A stretch of DNA of 64,000 bases from a virus, in IMG/VR virus record IMGVR_UViG_3300027608_000024, positions 9,110 through 73,109 of that record. One strand, 5' to 3'. Positions 7,758 to 16,779 of the stretch are shown here, piece after piece. How positions within the stretch are numbered: position 1 is the stretch's first letter; each line of letters opens with the position of its first letter. The notes beneath the pieces are model-generated. The model saw only the letters and a program-made list of their open reading frames with translations, had not been told where the DNA came from and made no database searches. The translations under genes and the position numbers were made by a program.

Positions 7758-8903
7758 ATGGCTGTTAGAATTCAATTTAGGCGTGGTACCGACACAGAGT
7801 GGTCCACGTCAAATCCCATCCTTGCCCTAGGTGAACTGGGGTACGAAAGCACAAACAAGATCATTAAGTTTGGCGATGGTACAACTGCATGGAATACCCT
7901 TCCTGTTGCTGCAGCGGGTGACATTACATCTGTTGTTGCTGGTACTGGTCTTACCGGAGGCGCTACCTCAGGTGTGGCTACCCTTAACTTGGACACAAGT
8001 ATCGTTTTAACAGCCGCAAGTATTGAAGCTAAAGGCGACTTGTTGGTTGGTACTGCAGATAATACATATACCAAGGTTGCCCTCCCAGCAAGTACTTCAT
8101 CAGATATCACAAATGGTAAGTCACTAGTTGCTGACTCAACCCAGTCTGCTGGTGTTGCCTGGAAACAGGTAGTACCACCAGGCGTAATTCAACAGTACGC
8201 AGGCACCACTGCCCCTGATGGTTACCTTTTGTGTAATGGTGCTTCATTCTCAAGTGGTGTTTATGGGGCGCTTGCTACTGTTGTAGGTGACACCTACGGC
8301 ACGCACTCAGGAACTACTTACTATCTCCCAAACTTGCAGACACGAGTTCCAGTAGGAAAAGCTGCTTCTGGCACTTTTGCTACCCTTGGTGCTACCGGTG
8401 GAGCAGAAACTGTATCTTTAAGCGAAGCACAAATGCCCCCGCACACACATGGTATGTCTGCCCACACCCACGGTATGGGTAACCACCGCCACTACATTGG
8501 CCATGGTCACTACCATAACATTACGGCGTCAGACTCTGGGCATCAACACCCAGCATCTAGCCCTATTATAAACAATAATGATCAACCAGGGTATTTCTAT
8601 ACACGTCGTGGGACTGCTGGAATAAACTACGACTGGTCGAGTGCAAACCTTGTCCGTTGGGACGCTTATCAGTACCCAGGAACAAGTACCGCATCAGCTA
8701 ACGTGTCTATTTCTGGTAATGTAACTGACTCAACCACCAACTCTGGAACTCCAATTGCATCTGGAAGTGCCGCAGCAAACAACAATACTGACGCACCAAA
8801 TGGTACTGGGCTTACAGCAAGTACTGGTGGTACCTCAGGAACAGTAGTTGCACATAACAACTTGCAACCTTATATAGTTCTTAATTACATTATTAAAACC
8901 TGA
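7758..8903 (+). CDS. Tail fibre with Mtd-like N-terminus, tail-collar domain and His-rich tip
   Basis: IQFRRGT..W...NPILALGELGYE; PPGVIQQYAG..APDGYLLCNG...LPNLQTRVPVG; several HxH; HNNLQPYIVLNYIIKT. Confidence 0.88.
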   Translation: MAVRIQFRRGTDTEWSTSNPILALGELGYESTNKIIKFGDGTTAWNTLPVAAAGDITSVVAGTGLTGGATSGVATLNLDTSIVLTAASIEAKGDLLVGTADNTYTKVALPASTSSDITNGKSLVADSTQSAGVAWKQVVPPGVIQQYAGTTAPDGYLLCNGASFSSGVYGALATVVGDTYGTHSGTTYYLPNLQTRVPVGKAASGTFATLGATGGAETVSLSEAQMPPHTHGMSAHTHGMGNHRHYIGHGHYHNITASDSGHQHPASSPIINNNDQPGYFYTRRGTAGINYDWSSANLVRWDAYQYPGTSTASANVSISGNVTDSTTNSGTPIASGSAAANNNTDAPNGTGLTASTGGTSGTVVAHNNLQPYIVLNYIIKT

Positions 8904-8918
8904 TTATAAGGAGTACAA

Positions 8919-9650
8919 GTGGCGCGCAAAAAGCTCGACCTTACTGGCGCACTAGAAGAAATCCTTCAAAGAGAACAAGAGGCTCAAAGGCTTTTTGAAG
9001 AGAGTGGTAGGCGCGAACAACTGTTTCGTTCTGAAGAAGAACGTGCAGATGACGAGGCGCTTCTAGAGATAGAACCAGAAACTCTTGACACTCCTGAATC
9101 TAAAACACCAGAAATTCCAGATCCTTCTGAAGTGATACGCATAGGGCAATCGAACAACAGTTCAAGATCCACAAGTAGGCCGGATGACGCATTTAGGCAC
9201 GGAGATGATTACTACCTAGGTGGTTCACGCACATCCACACGTGTCCAAGGTATCCAATGGATTCCAACAACTTATATAAGCGACAGTATCCCAGCAATTG
9301 ACAACCCGTTAGAAAATAGCAAAGCAATGATGTACGGTTTTGACGCTGGAGCTTTTGAAACTGGTGTATTTGGTGACATACTTGTTGCTTTTGCACGACC
9401 ATCAAAAGCTCAAAGTCACGCTATTTATGTGTTTTCAGGTAACAGCAAGAGTCAATGGGATTCATTTAGTAATTCTCCCTCTCTTGGAAGATCCGTTAAA
9501 ATTTTATCTGGCGGAAGATTATTGCAAGACGGAGATGAAGCTAGGTATAAAGAGCTACATAAAGCAACAGATACAAAAGATGCATGGGAAGACTGGTTAT
9601 TTGACTATGAAGAATTCCGTAGCATAAGAGCAGGAAACTCTAGGGAATAA
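8919..9650 (+). CDS. Hypothetical protein, possible KTSC-like C-terminal domain
   Basis: AGGAG RBS, GTG start; ILVAF...IYVF....WDSFSNSPSLGR resembles KTSC. Confidence 0.55.
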   Translation: MARKKLDLTGALEEILQREQEAQRLFEESGRREQLFRSEEERADDEALLEIEPETLDTPESKTPEIPDPSEVIRIGQSNNSSRSTSRPDDAFRHGDDYYLGGSRTSTRVQGIQWIPTTYISDSIPAIDNPLENSKAMMYGFDAGAFETGVFGDILVAFARPSKAQSHAIYVFSGNSKSQWDSFSNSPSLGRSVKILSGGRLLQDGDEARYKELHKATDTKDAWEDWLFDYEEFRSIRAGNSRE

Positions 9651-9916
9651 TGAACAACTTGTACAAAATTGGTAAAGTTTATTGGATACTAAGGGACACA
9701 GGAATATCAAAAGACAAATTATTGTCAACTGGTTTTATGCGCCAAACCTCTGCCCCCTATGCAACTGGTAAAGGTATTCAAATACGCATTAAAAAGTATG
9801 TTTTTCAAATTGGGTTGTGTTCTACACCCAAAACCCTTGCAGACGAAGAGGGCTTGCTGTACGCTGTGCAGGGTCGCATACTGGATACACCACCTGGGGA
9901 AATTGGAGATTGGTAA
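9650..9916 (+). CDS. Hypothetical protein
   Basis: Translationally coupled (TAATG) at both ends. Confidence 0.65.
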   Translation: MNNLYKIGKVYWILRDTGISKDKLLSTGFMRQTSAPYATGKGIQIRIKKYVFQIGLCSTPKTLADEEGLLYAVQGRILDTPPGEIGDW

Positions 9917-10146
9917 TGAAACTGTTCATTAAAAAACAAGCTGAAGAAAAGTTTAAGGGTTCTTCTATTCCTCGTGTCTCTAACATGGAAACACAACAGC
10001 TAAAGAACTGGTTTAATACCACCATTATGCATCTTGGTGAAGCATATGACTCTTGGCGCTATAAAGACGCACCTGACGAGGTATCACAAATTATTACAAT
10101 GTTAGATGAGATCTGGAAAGAATTGCAGTCCAGAAGTGATAAATGA
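9916..10146 (+). CDS. Hypothetical helical protein upstream of terL
   Basis: ATG 9916 with GGAG RBS; MKLFIKKQ...ELQSRSDK. Confidence 0.6.
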   Translation: MKLFIKKQAEEKFKGSSIPRVSNMETQQLKNWFNTTIMHLGEAYDSWRYKDAPDEVSQIITMLDEIWKELQSRSDK

Positions 10147-11716
10147 ATTAACAGTTGAAGAACAACTTAATGAAGAACAAGAGCAGGGACTTGATGACTC
10201 CAATGAGTTAGACGAAACTTCTGCGGAATTCATTGATCAGTTAGTTTTAAAGCTCATTTTGTTTACAGAAGAGTTTTGTAATATCAAGCTATTCCCATAC
10301 CAAGTTCCAATTGCCTACCGAATTATTGAGTCAATTGTTCTGGGTGATGGTGAAGAAATGACCCTAGTGGCTACTCGTCAGTCCGGTAAGTCTGAGGTTC
10401 TTTCTAATGTTATGGCCTCTATGATGGTTATCCTACCTAAGCTTTCCAAGGTATATCCCACATGGTTAGACAAGTTTGAAAAAGGCTTTTGGTGTGGTGT
10501 TTTTGCCCCTGTTGAAGATCAGGCAGACACGGTGTTTAGCCGTATTGTCAACAAGCTAACTAGTGACCATGCTATGGATTTCTTACTTGACCCAGAGATT
10601 GACGACAAAGCCACTTCAGGCGGTGCACGTGGTAAGGGCCGTATTATTAGCCTCAAACACTCTGGCTCGCTTTGCCGTATGCAGACTTGTAACCCTAAGG
10701 CAAAGATTGAATCTAAGACTTACCACTTTGTCATGATTGACGAAGCTCAAGAAGCTGACGAATTCATGATTGCAAAGTCAATCAAACCAATGTTGGCGTT
10801 CAACAACGGTTCAATTGTCCTTACTGGCACCGCTACTAGGAATAAGTCTTATTTCTATAAGATGATCCAGTACAACAAAAGACGAGATATCAATGGAAAG
10901 CGTAACCATCGTCAGGCTCACTTTGAGTATGACCATCGCGTAGCTTCAAAGTACAACGATAATTACGCCAAGTTTATTTCTAAAGAAAAAGTACGTATTG
11001 GCGAAGACTCTGATGAGTTCCAGATGTCCTACTGTAATAAGTGGATTTTAGAAAAAGGTATGTTTGTCACTGACGAGCGCCTATCCCAAATGTACGACGC
11101 ATCAATGCCTATTGTTAAACAGTGGTGGAGAACACCTATTGTGGCTGGTATTGACGTTGCCCGTACTAATGACTCTACTGTTGTAACGGCAGTGTGGGTT
11201 GACTGGGACCATCCAGATGGGTTTGGGTTCTACGAACACCGAATTCTCAACTGGTTAGAAATCAACAACACTGAATGGGAACAGCAGTACTTTGAGATCG
11301 TTGACTTTTTGCGTAACTATGATGTTTACAGAGTAGGCATTGATGCTCAGGGTGTGGGTGGAGCTGTTACAGAACGTCTACAGATCCTGTTACCCCATAT
11401 TGAGGTTACAGCCGTGTCGTCTGATGCTAAGACCCAGAATGAGCGTTGGGTTCATTTGACTGAACTAATCCAGCGTAATCAACTGGTTGTTCCAGGGCAC
11501 TCTAAAGCAAGGCGTACTAGGAACTGGAAGAAGTTTAACCAGCAGATGTCGGACCTAGAAAAGGTTTACCGAGGACCTTACCTTTTGGCTGCCGCCCCAG
11601 ACGAACGTGGGGCCTTTGACGACTACCCAGACTCCCTGGCCATAGCATGCTCCCTATCTGTAACTGATACAATGCCTACTATCACTGTTAGTGAGTCACC
11701 CTTCTTCGGACGGTGA
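10136..11716 (+). CDS. terL: Terminase large subunit
   Basis: Q-motif LFPYQ, Walker A ATRQSGKS, Walker B VMIDEAQ, LTGT, nuclease GIDVAR..D and DDYPDSLA; start approximate. Confidence 0.93.
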   Translation: MINELTVEEQLNEEQEQGLDDSNELDETSAEFIDQLVLKLILFTEEFCNIKLFPYQVPIAYRIIESIVLGDGEEMTLVATRQSGKSEVLSNVMASMMVILPKLSKVYPTWLDKFEKGFWCGVFAPVEDQADTVFSRIVNKLTSDHAMDFLLDPEIDDKATSGGARGKGRIISLKHSGSLCRMQTCNPKAKIESKTYHFVMIDEAQEADEFMIAKSIKPMLAFNNGSIVLTGTATRNKSYFYKMIQYNKRRDINGKRNHRQAHFEYDHRVASKYNDNYAKFISKEKVRIGEDSDEFQMSYCNKWILEKGMFVTDERLSQMYDASMPIVKQWWRTPIVAGIDVARTNDSTVVTAVWVDWDHPDGFGFYEHRILNWLEINNTEWEQQYFEIVDFLRNYDVYRVGIDAQGVGGAVTERLQILLPHIEVTAVSSDAKTQNERWVHLTELIQRNQLVVPGHSKARRTRNWKKFNQQMSDLEKVYRGPYLLAAAPDERGAFDDYPDSLAIACSLSVTDTMPTITVSESPFFGR

Positions 11717-11719
11717 TAA

Positions 11720-11732
11720 AAAGTGGTAATAT
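11720..11732 (+). promoter_or_regulatory. Repeated extended -10 promoter motif AAAGTGGTAATAT
   Basis: Identical 13-mer at 52230-52242; TGGTAATAT also at 62085-62093; all three are intergenic. Confidence 0.6.
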
Positions 11733-11768
11733 TTAAAAAAGAAATGAGTATTCCTTAGGAGGATACAT

Positions 11769-12170
11769 ATGCAGGTAGCTCCCAACCCCATGTTCCCAGA
11801 AACCGGAATGGCAACTTTTGAGCGTACGTACGCTCCTAGTATGCCCGGCAACCGTGGACCTCTTCGTTTTGAAGAAGGTATTGCAACTGACACCGATGTC
11901 CCGTACGACTTTGGTGTAGGTGCCTACGAAGACACCGCTCCGGCCCCTGGCCGCAGCAACCACAACAACCCAGAAATGTTCTACAAGTACGCCGAAGAGA
12001 CCATGCGTGAGCGCGCTCATGTTGGTTCGTCGTCTTGGATTGAAGCACCAGCAATGCTTGGTGATTTTGTTCAAGGAACGATGTCTGGTGAAGGCATGCC
12101 TACTTTTGAGTATGCATTTGGATCGGGTGGCTACATGAAGCGCCCGAATCCGACAGTCGTCTATGACTGA
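11769..12170 (+). CDS. Hypothetical protein, probably virion-associated
   Basis: AGGAGG RBS; codon usage like the capsid gene; own promoter and terminator. Confidence 0.75.
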   Translation: MQVAPNPMFPETGMATFERTYAPSMPGNRGPLRFEEGIATDTDVPYDFGVGAYEDTAPAPGRSNHNNPEMFYKYAEETMRERAHVGSSSWIEAPAMLGDFVQGTMSGEGMPTFEYAFGSGGYMKRPNPTVVYD

Positions 12171-12181
12171 TCGCGCCTATC

Positions 12182-12201
12182 TGTAAACTTATCTGTTTAC
12201 A
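12182..12201. promoter_or_regulatory. Inverted repeat TGTAAAC-N6-GTTTACA, candidate operator
   Basis: Perfect 7-bp arms, intergenic. Confidence 0.4.
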
Positions 12202-12209
12202 CTAGGGAG

Positions 12210-12239
12210 AAAAGACGGGGGTAATTCCCCGTCTTTTTT
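12210..12239 (+). terminator. Intrinsic terminator
   Basis: AAAAGACGGGG-GTAATT-CCCCGTCTTTTTT. Confidence 0.85.
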
Positions 12240-12297
12240 GTATCCCGTAATCAAGAGTCTTTGGTAGAGTTCATGTCTCAACAACTCAGGAGAAGCT

Positions 12298-12468
12298 ATG
12301 ACTGCCAACGATTACCACTCAATTCTTAACTACCTTTCACGTGTTTCTGTGCGTGGATTTGCTGATGAAGACGAACTGGTAAATCTTATGAATAAGGTTA
12401 AGAAACACATTAACCGCACAAACAAAAGCAATAACGTGTATACTGACGCAAGCACTAAAGCTGCTTAA
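12298..12468 (+). CDS. Small hypothetical protein
   Basis: AGGAG RBS; MTANDYHSILNYLSRVSVRGFADEDELVNL... (56 aa). Confidence 0.65.
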   Translation: MTANDYHSILNYLSRVSVRGFADEDELVNLMNKVKKHINRTNKSNNVYTDASTKAA

Positions 12469-12492
12469 TTAAGTCACCACTAGGAGCACAAC

Positions 12493-12768
12493 ATGGAGCA
12501 AAAGTCATCACTGGTTGATGACCTGGTGTCGCCTAAAACCCATAATTCTAAATTAGATTGTGGGTTAACTAAGATCCGTACTCAAATGGATGAAGAAGCT
12601 GCTGAAGCTTTGGATAAAGCAATTGAGATGATCAGGCATGACGCTGGTTCAGGAAGGTCTAAGGTTTATTCTTGCGAATGGCTTACAGACGTTCTTCGTA
12701 AGCACAAATATGACATAAGTTCAAGTACCGTTGCAAGACATGTAGCAAAGAGGTGTAGATGTGAGTGA
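12493..12768 (+). CDS. Hypothetical protein with HTH/metal-binding-like C-terminus
   Basis: AGGAG RBS; LTDVLRKHKYDISSSTVARHVAKRCRC. Confidence 0.7.
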   Translation: MEQKSSLVDDLVSPKTHNSKLDCGLTKIRTQMDEEAAEALDKAIEMIRHDAGSGRSKVYSCEWLTDVLRKHKYDISSSTVARHVAKRCRCE

Positions 12769-13897
12769 CCTGGCCAAAGACTTAGGTAACACCAAGTACG
12801 CATTAGGAAGAATTGCTGAGCTTTTAAAGCGCAACGATATTGATGTTGACGAAATTGGAGGTGTAAAGAAAGTCTCCCTGTACCAGTCACTTACAAAGAA
12901 TGAAGCCGGCGAAGCTGAGATCCATGACCTAATGGGTATTCAGTTCTCTCCAGCCTTTGAGAGCGGGCCACAATGGCCTGTAATCCAACAGGGGCCTTCA
13001 GTAAAGCTTCCAGTTGTAAAGGTTAAGCCAAGCGTTGCAAATGATTACCAAAAGTGTGTAATCCTTCCAGACATGCAAATTGGTTATTTCCGAGATGCAA
13101 ATGGAACTTTGGTTCCCACCCAGGATGAAAGCGCCCTAGAAATATCTATGGCAATTATTAAGTCAGTTAACCCTGATTTGATTGTCATGGTTGGCGACAA
13201 CCTAGACTTCCCTGAGTTTGGTAAGTACAGGTTAAGCCCAAGCTACGCCCTTACTACTCAAGCCGCAATTGACAGGGCAACTACTTTGTGTGCACAACTA
13301 CGAGCAATTGCCCCTCAGGCACGTATTGTCTGGTTGGCTGGAAACCATGAGGAAAGGTTAGTTAACTATGTACTTGACAACGCAAAAGCTTCGTTTGGCC
13401 TCAAGAGGGGTAACACCCCTGAAAGTTGGCCTGTACTTAGTATCCCTTATCTCTGCCGCTTCGCTGATTTTGGCGTGGAGTTTGTACCGGGCTATCCAGC
13501 TGGACAATTTTGGATCAACCAAAGGCTCAGGGTTATCCACGGCACAAAAGTACGGAGTAACGGGTCGACAGCGCACGCCTACCTTGGGTCAGAAAAAACG
13601 TCTGTCATTTACGGACACATCCACAGGCGTGAATGGGCTGAACGGTCCCGTGACGATTGGGATGGCGCAAAGACCATCATGGCCGCATCCCCTGGTACGT
13701 TGGCCCGCTGTGACGGAGCCGTCCCAAGCACCAAGGGGGCGCTCGACCTGGACGGTCGACCTATGACCATTGTGGAGGACTGGCAGCAAGGGATTGCTGT
13801 CGTTACCTACCAGCCTGGTGAGGGTGAGTTCTGGTATGAACAGGTCCCGTTCCATAGCGGATGCGCTATGTATCATGGTAAATTGTACAAATCATAA
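12761..13897 (+). CDS. Calcineurin-like metallophosphoesterase
   Basis: ILPDMQ, VGDNLD, GNHE, IHG and GHIHR motifs; DWQQG. Confidence 0.85.
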   Translation: MSDLAKDLGNTKYALGRIAELLKRNDIDVDEIGGVKKVSLYQSLTKNEAGEAEIHDLMGIQFSPAFESGPQWPVIQQGPSVKLPVVKVKPSVANDYQKCVILPDMQIGYFRDANGTLVPTQDESALEISMAIIKSVNPDLIVMVGDNLDFPEFGKYRLSPSYALTTQAAIDRATTLCAQLRAIAPQARIVWLAGNHEERLVNYVLDNAKASFGLKRGNTPESWPVLSIPYLCRFADFGVEFVPGYPAGQFWINQRLRVIHGTKVRSNGSTAHAYLGSEKTSVIYGHIHRREWAERSRDDWDGAKTIMAASPGTLARCDGAVPSTKGALDLDGRPMTIVEDWQQGIAVVTYQPGEGEFWYEQVPFHSGCAMYHGKLYKS

Positions 13898-13913
13898 CTA
13901 GTACAATGTCATT

Positions 13914-14225
13914 ATGACCTACCCGTACAAATTTGCTGTCGTTGAATGGATTGACGCTTTTGATAGCGATGGTACATGGGTATACAAAGACGAATATGAA
14001 TTTGACCCAGCACTTCCAGTTACTGTTGGTTGGGTTCTTGAAGGGTTACAAGAAGGTTATATAACAATGGTTTCAACTTTTTGTTTGTTTAAAACTAAGA
14101 CAGACATGTACAGTAACATGATGCATATCCCGTCTGGAATGGTTAAATCCATAACATACGTTGATATTCCTGATAATATAAGTAAACCTAAACGACAAAA
14201 CAGGGCAAGGTCTAATGCCGATTGA
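13914..14225 (+). CDS. Small hypothetical protein (WxDA...TVGW...IP family)
   Basis: VEWIDA, TVGWV, HIPSGMV; leaderless TACAAT-N6-ATG. Confidence 0.7.
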   Translation: MTYPYKFAVVEWIDAFDSDGTWVYKDEYEFDPALPVTVGWVLEGLQEGYITMVSTFCLFKTKTDMYSNMMHIPSGMVKSITYVDIPDNISKPKRQNRARSNAD

Positions 14226-15912
14226 TTTCTGGTCACCAAGTTATCGCGCTTCATCTAGCGACCTTACTGTTGCCATCTCCCCTCTTGGGTTGGTGGAGTT
14301 AGCCGACGAAGAGTTTGAAGTCCATGGACCGCGCCTTAACCGTTATTCAACGTGTTGGGCCTGGTACCTGGGACACCACTGGTCATACCGTCGTGAAATG
14401 GGTGAACAGAACATCACCCTTAACTACATCCGTACAATGTCGGATTACATTACAAACTTCTGTTTTGGTAAAGGCATTCAATGGAAAGTACCAGAACAGA
14501 ATGCTGCCATTATTCCCCACCTTTTGCATAAGGTTTGGGAACAAGATAACTCAAAGCATTACGTTCTTTGGGAAATGGGCCAGCTTGCTAGTGTTACTGG
14601 TGACTGCTTTGTTAAAGTGGCTTACGAAGAGCCTTACGAGGACTCGGCTGGGATGTACCACGAAGGTCGTGTACGTGTTATCCCCATAAACCCATCTCAT
14701 TGTTTCCCTGAGTACCACCCTCACGACCGTGACCGTATTCTTCGGTTTAAGTTAAAGTACCGTTTTTGGGGTACCAGTCCTGAAGGCACCCGTCAGGTTT
14801 ACACCTTTACTGAAATTTTGACTGACGACTCAATTGAGCAATACATTAATGATGAGTTGATTGACCAATACGAAAACCCACTAGGCATTATTCCTATTGT
14901 TCATATCCCTAACATGACTATTTCTTCGTCACCTTGGGGCCAATCAGACATCTGGGACATCATTCCACTTAACCGTGAAATGAACGAAAAGATGACTGAA
15001 ATCTCTGACATTATTAACTACCACGCAGCTCCAGTGACCATTATTACTGGCGCTAAAGCAAGCCAATTAGAACGTGGTCCTAAGAAAGTTTGGGCTGGGT
15101 TGCCTAAAGACGCCCATGTGTACAACCTTGAATCCCGTGGTGAAATGGCTGGAGCAATTGAGTACATTAGCTTCTTAAAGAAAGCAATGCACGAAATTAC
15201 TGGTGTACCTGAAACAGCATTAGGTCAGTTCCAGCCAGTTTCAAACACTTCGGGTGTAGCACTCTCTATCCAATACCAGCCAATGATGAACCGCTTCAAC
15301 ATGAAGCGCATTCACTTTACTAAGGGCCTGGAAAAGATTAACGAACTAATCATTCGTACTTGTGCAGTGTTTGAACCTGAAACCCTCATATATAACCCAA
15401 CCTTGGGAGAACCACCAGAACAAGATCAGCTTCCACAGCTAGATCCAGCTGATCCTCTTACATACCGCACTCAAACACACTGGCCAGAACCTCTGCCAAT
15501 TGACGTGCTTATTAAACTTAACGAAGTACAAGCCAAAATGGCTTTGGGACTTGAATCCAAAGAAGGTGCACTCCGCACATTGGGTGAAGAATTCCCACGT
15601 GAAAAACTTAGTGAAATCTTTGAAGAGCTACGTGACGACGCGGTTGATCAGGGTGCCTTAGACATGCTTAGGGCGCAAATCAATCAAGCTGTAATGATGG
15701 CTACAGGTTTGTTACCAGGCCCTGGTGGATCATCAGTGCCTGCACCTTCTGAAGGTGGTAATGTAGCAAATGCAGGGAACCCGCAGGACCCACAAGGCCC
15801 CCTGCCTGGTACAGACGTAATGGGTGGACCAGTTGCGGGAATGGTAAACAATATAGTTGCAAAGGCATACGGAGCTAGGTTCGCCCAGCGTCGTGTTCCT
15901 GACGAAGAATAA
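14215..15912 (+). CDS. Portal protein (SPP1 gp6-like)
   Basis: 565 aa; ENPLGIIPIVHIPN, WGQSDI, SNTSGVAL; lies between terL and the scaffold. Confidence 0.9.
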   Translation: MPIDFWSPSYRASSSDLTVAISPLGLVELADEEFEVHGPRLNRYSTCWAWYLGHHWSYRREMGEQNITLNYIRTMSDYITNFCFGKGIQWKVPEQNAAIIPHLLHKVWEQDNSKHYVLWEMGQLASVTGDCFVKVAYEEPYEDSAGMYHEGRVRVIPINPSHCFPEYHPHDRDRILRFKLKYRFWGTSPEGTRQVYTFTEILTDDSIEQYINDELIDQYENPLGIIPIVHIPNMTISSSPWGQSDIWDIIPLNREMNEKMTEISDIINYHAAPVTIITGAKASQLERGPKKVWAGLPKDAHVYNLESRGEMAGAIEYISFLKKAMHEITGVPETALGQFQPVSNTSGVALSIQYQPMMNRFNMKRIHFTKGLEKINELIIRTCAVFEPETLIYNPTLGEPPEQDQLPQLDPADPLTYRTQTHWPEPLPIDVLIKLNEVQAKMALGLESKEGALRTLGEEFPREKLSEIFEELRDDAVDQGALDMLRAQINQAVMMATGLLPGPGGSSVPAPSEGGNVANAGNPQDPQGPLPGTDVMGGPVAGMVNNIVAKAYGARFAQRRVPDEE

Positions 15913-15961
15913 TAAGTACATTAACTCAGCCCACATAAGCCCAACCAATAGAGGTAAAGAC

Positions 15962-16741
15962 ATGTCAGTTCAAAGTAGTGAAGACGGTATTACAATCCCT
16001 GTAATTCAAGAGCAAGCTCCTGTACAGGAATCACGTGCCGAAGAGAAGTACTTTTCTGAAGATGAAGTCCAGAAGATTCGTCAGCAGGAAAAGGGCAAGA
16101 TGTATAAGCGTCTTGAAGATGCTGACCATCGTGTCAAGTCAATGGAAGAGCAGTTGAACGTACTCAGTTCTGAGCGTGAGAAGGCAATCAAAGAAGCTGA
16201 GGAGCGCGCTCGTAAAGAAGCAGATATCCTCCGTCAGCGTGAAATTGAAGAGCTTTCCGCAAAAGAACTTCTCGCAAAGCGTGAAGATGAGTTCAACAGC
16301 CGTATTAACCAGGTTGAGCAAGAGTGGGGCCAGAAGTTCTCTGAACTTGAAAAGCAACGCCAAGCGCAAGATGCACTCCTTGAAAAAGAGCGTAGTCTTC
16401 AGCAACTTGAGTCATACCGCCAACGACGTTTGCAAGTTGAGCAAGAAACAATTATCCCTGAATTACGCGATCTGATTTCAGGTAACACTGAAGAAGAGAT
16501 CGACAATAGCATTGCAGTACTTCGTGAACGAAGTAATGCTATAATCGAATCAATCCAGAGGACGAGCCCACCAGCCCGCCCTAAGGGGGCGTCTTTAACG
16601 GCTCCTCCTTCTGGACCACTGGATAACCAATCGGAATACCAGACGTTAAGTGCGGAAGATATCCGCAACATGCCGATGGATCAATACGTGAAGATGCGTG
16701 ACAGGCTAATGAATGCCCGCCCTCAACGAGGTCGGTTTTAA
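15962..16741 (+). CDS. Capsid scaffolding protein
   Basis: Long charged coiled coil; C-terminal IRNMPMDQYVKMR; directly upstream of the MCP. Confidence 0.8.
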   Translation: MSVQSSEDGITIPVIQEQAPVQESRAEEKYFSEDEVQKIRQQEKGKMYKRLEDADHRVKSMEEQLNVLSSEREKAIKEAEERARKEADILRQREIEELSAKELLAKREDEFNSRINQVEQEWGQKFSELEKQRQAQDALLEKERSLQQLESYRQRRLQVEQETIIPELRDLISGNTEEEIDNSIAVLRERSNAIIESIQRTSPPARPKGASLTAPPSGPLDNQSEYQTLSAEDIRNMPMDQYVKMRDRLMNARPQRGRF

Positions 16742-16779
16742 CTAAAACCCAATAAACCTATCCATCGGAGGATATTAAT

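Noticed and set aside
3858-8903. Complete diversity-generating retroelement (Mtd-like domains, variable codons)
   Set aside because: No reverse transcriptase and no TR/VR pair differing only at adenines is visible in the window. The Mtd similarity is limited to the N-terminal anchor.
13368-13766. Overprinted +1-frame ORF with a TM-like segment
   Set aside because: No RBS or ATG. The hydrophobicity is the expected artefact of T-ending codons in the main frame, and the local high GC explains the lack of stops.
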